A stretch of DNA of 64,000 nt, from IMG/VR virus record IMGVR_UViG_3300036823_000160, positions 13,537 through 77,536 of that record; one strand, written 5' to 3'. Positions 10,365 through 18,433 of the stretch are shown here, piece after piece. The notes beneath the pieces were generated by a model. That model made no database searches. It saw nothing but the letters and a program-made list of their open reading frames with translations, and was not told the origin of the DNA. The stretch is from a virus. Made by a program: the position numbers and the translations under genes. The stretch's first letter is position 1; each line of letters starts with the position of its first letter.

Positions 10365-10766
10365 ATGCGGCTCGGCGGCGACAACCAGTTCGACACCTCG
10401 GAGCTCGAGCTCGCGGATGTCGACGACCTCGACGGCGCGCTCAACGTTGCGGTCGAGGTACTGGGGGAATACGGCGTCGAGCCCGATGGGCACACGAGGA
10501 TCGAGCGACTCGCACGGTTCGTGGCCTTCAACCTGGGAGACGACGTTCGGGTCGTCACTGCGGGGCTCGTCTCTCTCGCCAAGTTCGAGTGGGAGGCCGA
10601 AGATGATTGGGGCGGACAGCCCATGCCGTGCCTGGGCGTGGTCGAGCGCGTCGGCTCGAAGATCGGCGTGCGCCGGATCGCCCTCCCACTCACGTCGAAC
10701 GGGGCACGCAAGCTCGCAGCCGCGCTGATTCGCATCGCGCACATCGTCGACAACGACGGGGACTAG
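10365..10766 (+). CDS. hypothetical protein
   Basis: ORF in operon. Confidence 0.65.
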   Translation: MRLGGDNQFDTSELELADVDDLDGALNVAVEVLGEYGVEPDGHTRIERLARFVAFNLGDDVRVVTAGLVSLAKFEWEAEDDWGGQPMPCLGVVERVGSKIGVRRIALPLTSNGARKLAAALIRIAHIVDNDGD

Positions 10767-10769
10767 CCC

Positions 10770-12719
10770 GTGGCCGACGACTGGCGCCCCATCAACCCGA
10801 AGTTCACGAACGGGAACGGGATCCTAGGTCCACGCAGATTGCCCGTCGCATCGTCGCCCGATCTCACACGCGTTCTCGCACTTCCCAGGCGCGCCCCTGT
10901 GCGAGGGGGCACCGCGACCGCTCAGGCGCTCGTGGAGATCGGGATGCAACGCTACTCGCTTGGAGAGCGGACGTGCGCATGCCGAGCCATCGATCCCGAG
11001 CGGGCGCGCGCAGCTGACGAGGAGGGTCGGTCGCCGTGCGTGTCGCGCCTGCTCTGGCTGCAGGGCTGGCTGCTTCACGAGATCACGGTCGCGAACGGCG
11101 TTATCGCGAACGCTGCGGTAGGCGGCGGCAAGGGCCTCGTGAACATCCTGGCGCCGCTCGCACTCCGTGACTGCCCCGTCTGCCTACTACTGGTCCCGCC
11201 TTCCCTCCTCGACCAGATCACGACCGAGTACCAGCTCTACGCCGAGCACTTCCGCGTTCCGGGTCTCGTTGTTCATCTGCCTGGAAGGCAGACCTGGTCG
11301 CGACCGCCTCGCGGCGACGAACCGATGCTGCACGTGGTCGGCTACTCGAAGTTGAGCGGGATCGACAACTCGGAGCTCATCGAGCGCCTGCGGCCGGACG
11401 CGATCATCGCTGACGAGTGCGACGCGCTCGGGTCGCTCGAGAGCGCCCGCGTCCTTCGCTTCGCGCGGTTCATGATGGAGAACGAGCGCGTGCGGTTCTG
11501 CGGGTGGACGGGCTCGCTCACCGATAGGAAGCTGCTCGAGTTCGCCCATCTCTCGGCGTTCGCGCTGCGCGAGAACTCGCCGCTCCCTCTGGATCGCGAG
11601 GTGACCGAGGACTGGGGCCGGTGCATCGATGACTCGGTGAATCCTGCGCCCGCTGGCGCGTTGGCCAGGATGCTCGAGCCGAACGAGCATCAGTCGCAGA
11701 TCCGCCAAGCGTTCCGCCGGCGGCTGTCTCAGACAGCAGGCTTCGTCCTCGTTGAGGGCGAGCAGGTGATCACGAACTCGAGCGGACGGGTCGAACTGGT
11801 CGTACGCGAAAAGGAATCCCCCCTGATCCCGGAGATCGTCGATGACGCGCTCAAGAAGGTCCGGGACTTCATTCGCCCCGATACCCTCGGCGGCAGCGAC
11901 CAGGACGAGATCCTCGTGGACCCCCTCGAGCAAGCACGATGCGCGCGCGAGGTCGCGACCGGCGTGTTCTATCGCTGGATCTTCCCGCGTGGCGAGAAGC
12001 GCGAGGTGATCTACGAGTGGTACGAGGCACGGAAATCGTGGAACTCCGAGCTCCGGCACAAGATGCTACGTGGCGAGGTCAACCTCGACTCGCCAAAGCT
12101 ATGCGAGAACGCCGCGCGCCGCGCGTGGGGTGATGCTCCCAAGGACGCGAACCTGCCCGAGTGGGAGGCAGAGTGCTGGCCGCGCTGGCGCGACATCTCC
12201 CCCCAGGTCGAGCCCAAGACCGAGGCGGTCCGACTGCACCCGTTCCTGGCCGAGGACGCGGCGCGGTGGGGGCTCGAGCACAGCGGCCAAGGCAACGCGG
12301 GGATCATCTGGTACACGATGGTCGAGCTGGCGCAGTGGATCGCCGAGCTCTCCGGTCATGCCCTGCCCGTGCACGGCGGAGGCCCCAACGCCGGCAAGGC
12401 GATCGCGCGCGAGGACGGATCACGGACGATCATCGCCTCGATCAAGTCGCACGGTCGCGGTCGCGACAGGCTCCAGTACTCGTTCGCGCGCCAGCTCCTG
12501 GTGAACATGCCGTCATCCGACCGCGTGATCACCCAGTTGCTGGGCCGACTACACCGTCGCGGCCAGCCCAAGCCGCTGGTGGACACGGAGGCGTATCTGC
12601 ACACGGACGAGCTCCGGTCCTCCATGCGGCAGGCGCTGCGTCGCGGCGAGTACGTAGAGGAGATCACCGGCGAGAAACGGAAGCTTCTGTCTGCCTGGAC
12701 CGGTGATCTCGACGATTGA
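10770..12719 (+). CDS. SF2 (SNF2-like) helicase
   Basis: VGGGKG, IIADEC, WTGS, QLLGRLHRRGQ. Confidence 0.85.
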   Translation: MADDWRPINPKFTNGNGILGPRRLPVASSPDLTRVLALPRRAPVRGGTATAQALVEIGMQRYSLGERTCACRAIDPERARAADEEGRSPCVSRLLWLQGWLLHEITVANGVIANAAVGGGKGLVNILAPLALRDCPVCLLLVPPSLLDQITTEYQLYAEHFRVPGLVVHLPGRQTWSRPPRGDEPMLHVVGYSKLSGIDNSELIERLRPDAIIADECDALGSLESARVLRFARFMMENERVRFCGWTGSLTDRKLLEFAHLSAFALRENSPLPLDREVTEDWGRCIDDSVNPAPAGALARMLEPNEHQSQIRQAFRRRLSQTAGFVLVEGEQVITNSSGRVELVVREKESPLIPEIVDDALKKVRDFIRPDTLGGSDQDEILVDPLEQARCAREVATGVFYRWIFPRGEKREVIYEWYEARKSWNSELRHKMLRGEVNLDSPKLCENAARRAWGDAPKDANLPEWEAECWPRWRDISPQVEPKTEAVRLHPFLAEDAARWGLEHSGQGNAGIIWYTMVELAQWIAELSGHALPVHGGGPNAGKAIAREDGSRTIIASIKSHGRGRDRLQYSFARQLLVNMPSSDRVITQLLGRLHRRGQPKPLVDTEAYLHTDELRSSMRQALRRGEYVEEITGEKRKLLSAWTGDLDD

Positions 12720-12744
12720 AAGCGACCACGCGAGCTCCGGGTTC
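12718..12744 (+). promoter_or_regulatory. ECF-type promoter motif
   Basis: GAAAGC-N15-GGGTTC, followed by a leader with AGGAG. Confidence 0.8.
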
Positions 12745-12779
12745 TGGTCTCGCTCTCAACGAGCAGGAGAACGAAGAAC

Positions 12780-13499
12780 ATGGGTAAGTACGGACACATT
12801 CTCAAGGGCATCAAGGACTCCAAGCCGATGGGGGGGTTCATCGACAAGTTCCCCGAAGGTACCTACCTCCTAGCGCTCAAGCGCTACGAGCCGGTTCAAT
12901 CGGCCAAGAGCAAGAACGACTGGCGCATCGAGTCCGAGTGGCTCGTGATCGAGTCGTCGCTTCCCGAGTTCCTCGGCAAGACGCGCGGCTGGCCATGGTT
13001 CATCAACTCGCGGACGAGCGAGCACTCGGCCGAGTACGAGCAGGACCGCGCGAACCAGTTCCTCAGCGAGGCCATGAAGACGTTCACGTCCGATGGCGAC
13101 GTCGCGGCACTTGTTGCGTTCGCGCAGCAGGTCTCCGGGCCTGGAGCACCGTTCGATCAGGACTCGTTCGCCGAGCTCCTGTCCGACGCGTCCCAGCCGC
13201 TTCGCGGGATGAAAATCCGCCTCGACGTCACCGAGCGCGCGGCGAAGGATAACCCGGCGAAGAAGTACCAGAACGCGAAGTGGACCGCGGTCTCGCAAAC
13301 CCTTACCGAGGTCGCCGCGTACGGCAGTCAGATGGCCATGTTCGAGGCCAAGAACGCGCACCCGAACGCGCCGAACGCCGCGGCGTCGGCCCCGCGCGCC
13401 TCCGGGGTCGCTGCACCTGTTCCGCTCACGCTAGGAACCGCGTCGGCGCCGTTGGCGCTCAGTGGTGCGCCGACGCTCACGATCCCCGGAGCTCGCTAG
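12780..13499 (+). CDS. putative ssDNA-binding protein
   Basis: Position in replication module, PEGTY N-terminal strand, strong RBS; function inferred. Confidence 0.5.
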   Translation: MGKYGHILKGIKDSKPMGGFIDKFPEGTYLLALKRYEPVQSAKSKNDWRIESEWLVIESSLPEFLGKTRGWPWFINSRTSEHSAEYEQDRANQFLSEAMKTFTSDGDVAALVAFAQQVSGPGAPFDQDSFAELLSDASQPLRGMKIRLDVTERAAKDNPAKKYQNAKWTAVSQTLTEVAAYGSQMAMFEAKNAHPNAPNAAASAPRASGVAAPVPLTLGTASAPLALSGAPTLTIPGAR

Positions 13500-13501
13500 T
13501 T

Positions 13502-13894
13502 GTGCTGACCACGATCAGCACCGCGTTGGACATCGCCGCGTTCGTGTTTGTGGCCATGCTGCTCACGTTCACGTTGCGGACGCCGTCTGTGCGCTCCGGC
13601 CCGATCATCACGATGTTGATGACCGTGATCACCGCCATCGTGATCGGCGCGTTCGCATTGCTTGCGGGGTGCAGTAACGCGAGCACGAACTCGCCGCTCA
13701 TCTGGCGGACGCCACTTCCTGATGGCGACCAGGTATGCCGCTGGGACGATTCACGGACACGCGCCGGCTGCATCGCGGAGGGTCGCGTGTTCCTGTGCGC
13801 GCGCACGTCAGGCGCCTTCGTCGACTGCATGGAGGTGGCACGCCCTCTCGAGGATACGCCGGCAGATGGAAGCGCGAAGGGTGGTCACCCGTGA
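13502..13894 (+). CDS. membrane/lipoprotein with Cys-rich domain
   Basis: Hydrophobic N-term, LAGC lipobox. Confidence 0.6.
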   Translation: MLTTISTALDIAAFVFVAMLLTFTLRTPSVRSGPIITMLMTVITAIVIGAFALLAGCSNASTNSPLIWRTPLPDGDQVCRWDDSRTRAGCIAEGRVFLCARTSGAFVDCMEVARPLEDTPADGSAKGGHP

Positions 13895-14115
13895 GTGTGC
13901 GCGCCGAGTTCCAGACCCACCTCCTGAACGAGCGCGGGCTCGCCGCCGCGAGCGCGATTGGCCAGGTGTTCTCGGACGCGCTCGACAAGATCGAGGCGCT
14001 CGTCCCCTCGGGCCGCGAGCGCGCGCTCGTCACTACCAAGTTGCAGGAGGCGGCTTTCTTTGCCAAGCGCGCGATCGCGGTCGACCCCGCGAACCAGATC
14101 AAGGACGAGTCGTGA
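13891..14115 (+). CDS. Acb2/Tad1-like helical hairpin protein (putative nucleotide-signal sponge)
   Basis: 74 aa; GRERALVTTKLQEAAFFAKRAIA resembles the Acb2/Vs.4 C-terminal helix. Confidence 0.65.
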   Translation: MSVRAEFQTHLLNERGLAAASAIGQVFSDALDKIEALVPSGRERALVTTKLQEAAFFAKRAIAVDPANQIKDES

Positions 14116-14357
14116 TCAAGCTCGTCATCGCCGCAGCCCTCGTGCTGTCCGGGTGCAGGCACGCCGTGCCGCGCGAGTGGCGCGGCATTCCAGCGGGCCA
14201 GCGCTCGTGCTCGTGGCAAGACCACCGGGGTACCTGCGTCACGGACAGTCGCGCGTACCTGTGCATCGACGACTGGCAGGAGAACCTGGTCGCGTGCGCG
14301 CCGATCGTCTCGCCGCCGTTGCCGCCCCCATCCTCACCACCGGCGGAACAGCCGTGA
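14112..14357 (+). CDS. small Cys-rich lipoprotein
   Basis: MIKLVIAAALVLSGC lipobox. Confidence 0.7.
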   Translation: MIKLVIAAALVLSGCRHAVPREWRGIPAGQRSCSWQDHRGTCVTDSRAYLCIDDWQENLVACAPIVSPPLPPPSSPPAEQP

Positions 14358-15196
14358 CCGCGCGTCTACCGGTCATCGGCTCGACCGCGAAGTCGACCGC
14401 GTTCGTGAGCGAGCGCCTCGACGGGCTCAATGGAACGTACCTGTTCCTCGACGGGAACGACAAGATCACCGCGGGCAACGGGACACCCGGCGAGCCGAAG
14501 GCGAACGCGTTATCGCTCGTCCAGATCCAGGACTGTCCGGGCTCGACAGAGACGTGCCGCAAGAGCTGCTACGTTCATCCGCTCCAGAGCGCGCAGCCGG
14601 ATCTACACGCACTCTATACGCACAACAGCACCGAGATCCGGCGCATCCTCGCGGACAAGCACCTCGCCGACGACTGGTCGAGGCGCCTCGCGAGCTGGAT
14701 CTCGGCGAACGCTAGCGCGGGCTTTCGCTGGCATGTGAGCGGCGACGTGTTCTCGCTCGAGTACGCCGAGTGGATCGCGGACGTGTGCCGCGAGAGCGCG
14801 AGCGTGCGCTCGTGGATCTACACGCGCTCGTTCCAATTCCTCGAGCCGCTTGTCGAAGTGTCCACCACTCGCGGCGGCAACCTCGCGCTTAACCTGTCGG
14901 CGGACCAGGACAATTACCTCAACGCGTTCCAGGCGGTGGCGGCGCATCGCGTCCTCGGCCAATCCGTGCTGCGGATCTGCTACCTCACGACGGATGGCGA
15001 GATCCCGTTGTCGCTGCCGTTCGACTCGGTCGTGTTCCCGGACTACGCGCTGCGTCCGCGCCAGCACGCGACCCTCGCCGATAGCGAGTGGTGGCAGGGG
15101 CTCGAGCCGCGCCAACGCGCGATGGTCTGTCCGGTCGATGCGCACGGCAAGGCAGAGAAGCGGCGCTGTGGGCCCTGTCGTAAGTGCATGGACTAG
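14354..15196 (+). CDS. Gp88-family (radical-SAM-like) protein
   Basis: CPGSTETCRKSCY, FRWHVSGD, WIYTRS, NLSAD, CGPCRKC. Confidence 0.75.
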   Translation: MTARLPVIGSTAKSTAFVSERLDGLNGTYLFLDGNDKITAGNGTPGEPKANALSLVQIQDCPGSTETCRKSCYVHPLQSAQPDLHALYTHNSTEIRRILADKHLADDWSRRLASWISANASAGFRWHVSGDVFSLEYAEWIADVCRESASVRSWIYTRSFQFLEPLVEVSTTRGGNLALNLSADQDNYLNAFQAVAAHRVLGQSVLRICYLTTDGEIPLSLPFDSVVFPDYALRPRQHATLADSEWWQGLEPRQRAMVCPVDAHGKAEKRRCGPCRKCMD

Positions 15197-15199
15197 CCC

Positions 15200-15445
15200 A
15201 TGGCGCAACCGATCACACCAGCCCAGGCGCACAATGCGTGCCTCGAAACCGCGTACGTGAGCCACGTCGAGCGCGTGAACACGTTCCTGCGCAACACCCC
15301 GCCGAACACCGTAGGAGCGCGCTGGTTCTCCGTCGATGGGATCGCCTACAGCCATCTCTGGCGTCTGCAGCGCGAGTTCCAGGCCGCCGGTTGGACGGTC
15401 CGGCACATAGCGGACAGCGCGTCGTTCGTGTTCGAGGGGACCTAG
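15200..15445 (+). CDS. hypothetical protein
   Basis: ORF in operon. Confidence 0.6.
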   Translation: MAQPITPAQAHNACLETAYVSHVERVNTFLRNTPPNTVGARWFSVDGIAYSHLWRLQREFQAAGWTVRHIADSASFVFEGT

Positions 15446-15446
15446 C

Positions 15447-15764
15447 GTGGCGCGCGACGCAGCCCGTATCCCCGATGTCATTGACGCACTTCGCGAGTAT
15501 TGGCTCGCGAACCCGGATCTGCGCCTGTGCCAGGTCATCGGCAACCTCGTCAACGACGTGTGCGCGACCAAGCTCGGGCTCCAACGCGAGGTCCCGGACA
15601 TGTCCTTGCGCGCGTACAACATCGAGGAGGGCGCGGTTCTCTCGTGGCTCGTGGCCCAACTCGGAGACGAATGCGATCGTTGCGGCGGCGCGCTCGCGTC
15701 GAACAGGCGCCAGACCGGTCAGCCGCTCTGGTGTTACCCGTGCCGCCCGATGATCGACCGATGA
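15447..15764 (+). CDS. hypothetical protein with C-terminal Zn ribbon
   Basis: RI..VI..L..YW...PDLRL.Q motif; CxxC...CxxC. Confidence 0.65.
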   Translation: MARDAARIPDVIDALREYWLANPDLRLCQVIGNLVNDVCATKLGLQREVPDMSLRAYNIEEGAVLSWLVAQLGDECDRCGGALASNRRQTGQPLWCYPCRPMIDR

Positions 15765-15997
15765 AGGTCTCGTTCGAGTTCGAGCTCGCGGGCACGGAGC
15801 TGACCCCGTACTACGGAGTCGTCGCCGAGTCCGATGGCAAGGTGCGCGCCAGCGGACGCTCGCGCAAGAACATCGCAAGCGCGTTCGATCTCGTGATCGC
15901 CGAACTCGTGGGCCGGAACGAGCCCGAGGACCGGTTGCTCGTCGTGTACGTGACCGCGCTGCGCAAGCAACTACCATCGGCGGCGGTGCCCTCGTGA
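15761..15997 (+). CDS. hypothetical protein
   Basis: ATGA-coupled ORF. Confidence 0.6.
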   Translation: MKVSFEFELAGTELTPYYGVVAESDGKVRASGRSRKNIASAFDLVIAELVGRNEPEDRLLVVYVTALRKQLPSAAVPS

Positions 15998-16233
15998 CCT
16001 TCCTCGTGACCTTCGGCGAGATCTGCGCCGCGCGCGACGATGCTCTTGCACGTTGGTCCACCTGGTGTGCGATCCAGCTCGTGCTGGCGGGCACTGCGCT
16101 GCCACACATTCGGCTCTGGCCATGCGGGTTCCTGCCTGGTATGGGTCAGGTTCACGACGCTTTGCTCGGGGAGGTTTCGCACTTTGGCCGACTCGAGATC
16201 GCCGAGATCCGTCGACGACAGGGATGGACATGA
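15994..16233 (+). CDS. hypothetical protein
   Basis: GTGA-coupled ORF. Confidence 0.5.
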   Translation: MTFLVTFGEICAARDDALARWSTWCAIQLVLAGTALPHIRLWPCGFLPGMGQVHDALLGEVSHFGRLEIAEIRRRQGWT

Positions 16234-16433
16234 GCCTCATCGGTCGCGCCGCCAGGTTCCTGGCGAAGGAACTCGCCGCCGGCGTCGTGCAGGAGTTCGG
16301 CAAGGAGCTCGGTCGACACATCGGCGACGCGCTCGGGACCGTCGCGGGTCGCCAGATCGATCCCGAACACGAGCGCGACGACAAGAAGCGCGAGGGTGCG
16401 AACGATGGCGAAACTGACGGGATCAAACCATGA
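16230..16433 (+). CDS. hypothetical protein
   Basis: ATGA-coupled ORF. Confidence 0.6.
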   Translation: MSLIGRAARFLAKELAAGVVQEFGKELGRHIGDALGTVAGRQIDPEHERDDKKREGANDGETDGIKP

Positions 16434-16789
16434 CACACCTGCGCTGGCTCGTGGATCGTTTGGTGTCTCGGGTGTGGTTCTGGCGCCATCACATCGAGGC
16501 CGTGATGCCGACCGACCAGGTTGGTCAGTACATGGCCGAGTGCTCGTGCGGTGGCGGGGTGCAGTTCGTGGCGCACTGGTCGCACGCGTCCGTGATCACG
16601 GTCTCGACGTGCGCGCTCGGCTCATGGTTGATGTGCCGCGGTCACGGTGTCGCGTTGTCACCCGCACGCATCGATCGATCGAGCGCTGAAAGCGCTCGCC
16701 CGATCTCGCGGTTCCTCGTCGAGTGCAGCTCGACCGCGTCGCCTCGTTTAGTACGACCGCGCTTGCGTTCGACCTCGAGACCCACGTAG
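16430..16789 (+). CDS. hypothetical protein (3' end uncertain)
   Basis: ATGA-coupled; runs over the promoter motif and polymerase start. Confidence 0.45.
   Translation: MTHLRWLVDRLVSRVWFWRHHIEAVMPTDQVGQYMAECSCGGGVQFVAHWSHASVITVSTCALGSWLMCRGHGVALSPARIDRSSAESARPISRFLVECSSTASPRLVRPRLRSTSRPT
16688..16714 (+). promoter_or_regulatory. ECF-type promoter motif
   Basis: GAAAGC-N15-CGGTTC, GTG 8 nt downstream. Confidence 0.8.
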
Positions 16790-18192
16790 TACAGCCAGGG
16801 CTTCTAGTCCCGCCTGTCGTGTGCGGGTCGGCGGCGTGGCTCGAACCCGGACCGACGATCGCGGGTGCCCTCCTGGCCAAACAAGACGCGCTCGAGGCGT
16901 TCGCGAACGCGATCGAGGACCCGAACGTCGTCATCGTGGGCGCGAATATCGCCTACGACCTCGCGTGCTGTGTCGTCGAGCTCGCTCGGCTGGGCGTCGA
17001 CGCGATACCTCAGGTGTTCGGCGCGCTCGAGGACGGCCGCGTGTTCGACGTGCAGATTGCCGAGGCGCTCAACGCGATCGCGTGCGGTCACCTTGGCAAG
17101 GATCCAAGGACGATGCAGCCGATCGTCACGCCGGGCACGAAGAAGCGTGGCCGGTACTCACTCTCGACCTGCGTCCTTCACGTGCTAGGACGCAGCGACG
17201 CGAAGGCGAACGACGAGTGGCGACTGCGCTACGCCGAGCTCGAGCACGTGCCGATCGCGGACTGGCCTACGGCCGCGCGCGACTACCCCATCGACGACGC
17301 GAAGAACACGCTTGAGGTCGGGCTAGCTCAGACAGGGCAGTTGCCGAAGGTCTATTCTAAGCACTCGTTCGTCGACGTCGAAGGGCCCGAGAACCAGATC
17401 ACGAGCGCGTGCCAGAACTGCGGCTCGACTCGGCACGCGATCGAATGCGTCGGTCGCGGGCCACACGCCAATCTCGTCGACCACGCGCGCCAGGTCCATA
17501 CCGCGTTCTGTCTCCACCTCGGCGCGATGTGGGGGTTCCATGTCGATCAGGACGCGGTCGACATCATCGAGCGTCACGCGATCCGTGATCGCGACAACGG
17601 TGTGACCCCGTTCCGCGAGGCCGGGATCGTGCGCGAGGACGGATCCGAGGACCAGTCGCTCCTCAAGAAACTTGTCCTGCTCGCATACGCACCGGACAGC
17701 GCCCCGTGCCCGTGCTGTGCCGGGACCGGCAGGATCCCCAGCCCGACGCAGAAACCCCTCCGGTGCCCGGCCTGTCGAGGCCGCTGCCAGCCCTGGAAGG
17801 GCGGCGGCAAGATCAAGGAGCCGACGGTCGAGTACTGCGCTACGTGCGCGACCGAGCAGTGCCCCACGGGATCGGGAAAGGTCCCCCACCCGAGGCCCGA
17901 GTTGATCGGCTGTGTCCTGCCCGAGAAGGTCAAGACCTGCGACGGAACCGGGTACGCGCTGACCGAGAGCGTTCCCAAGACGAACACCGGCGGCGTGGGC
18001 AAGGGCCGCAGCGTGCTGCACGAGTCCGGGGACGAGTTCCTGATGCGGCTCGGCGACTACAAGAAAAACGCGAAGGTCCTGCGCGTATACGTGCCGTACT
18101 TGCGCGGCGTCTTGATCGAGGACGACGAACACGGGGACGGCGCCGCCGTGGCTCCCGTAGAGGAACCGGAGGAGGCCAGCGATGCTGAGTGA
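16723..18192 (+). CDS. family A DNA polymerase, N-terminal part (3'-5' exonuclease + thumb, Zn-finger inserts)
   Basis: ExoI FDLET, ExoII GANIAYD, ExoIII YPIDDA; ends after KVLRVYVPYL with an acidic tail. Confidence 0.85.
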   Translation: MQLDRVASFSTTALAFDLETHVVQPGLLVPPVVCGSAAWLEPGPTIAGALLAKQDALEAFANAIEDPNVVIVGANIAYDLACCVVELARLGVDAIPQVFGALEDGRVFDVQIAEALNAIACGHLGKDPRTMQPIVTPGTKKRGRYSLSTCVLHVLGRSDAKANDEWRLRYAELEHVPIADWPTAARDYPIDDAKNTLEVGLAQTGQLPKVYSKHSFVDVEGPENQITSACQNCGSTRHAIECVGRGPHANLVDHARQVHTAFCLHLGAMWGFHVDQDAVDIIERHAIRDRDNGVTPFREAGIVREDGSEDQSLLKKLVLLAYAPDSAPCPCCAGTGRIPSPTQKPLRCPACRGRCQPWKGGGKIKEPTVEYCATCATEQCPTGSGKVPHPRPELIGCVLPEKVKTCDGTGYALTESVPKTNTGGVGKGRSVLHESGDEFLMRLGDYKKNAKVLRVYVPYLRGVLIEDDEHGDGAAVAPVEEPEEASDAE

Positions 18193-18433
18193 CTTAGATA
18201 GCGAGTGCCCGAACGACTGCTGGTGCCGCTTTGTGCGCGTGGACGGTGTTCCCATCGAGATCGAGGAAGACAAACCGTTCACGGACCCTCGCTCGATCGC
18301 GTGCCCCGAAGCGGCCTGTGTGGGTACGCTTCGCTCCGGCGGACGCAACGTTCCCAACACACTCACGTTCCTGATCTGCGACGTGTGCGCGTGCGCGTAT
18401 GTCGCCGAGGACCGGCCGGGGATCTCGACGTGA
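18182..18433 (+). CDS. Cys-rich small protein inserted between polymerase halves
   Basis: 83 aa with 8 Cys; overlaps both neighbours. Confidence 0.65.
   Translation: MLSDLDSECPNDCWCRFVRVDGVPIEIEEDKPFTDPRSIACPEAACVGTLRSGGRNVPNTLTFLICDVCACAYVAEDRPGIST

Noticed and set aside
18109-18430. Intein, group I intron or ribosomal bypass in the polymerase
   Set aside because: No intein C/S...HN termini, no recognisable intron core by eye, no stop right after a take-off codon; the insert reads as a coupled coding ORF. Not excluded without Infernal or RT-PCR.
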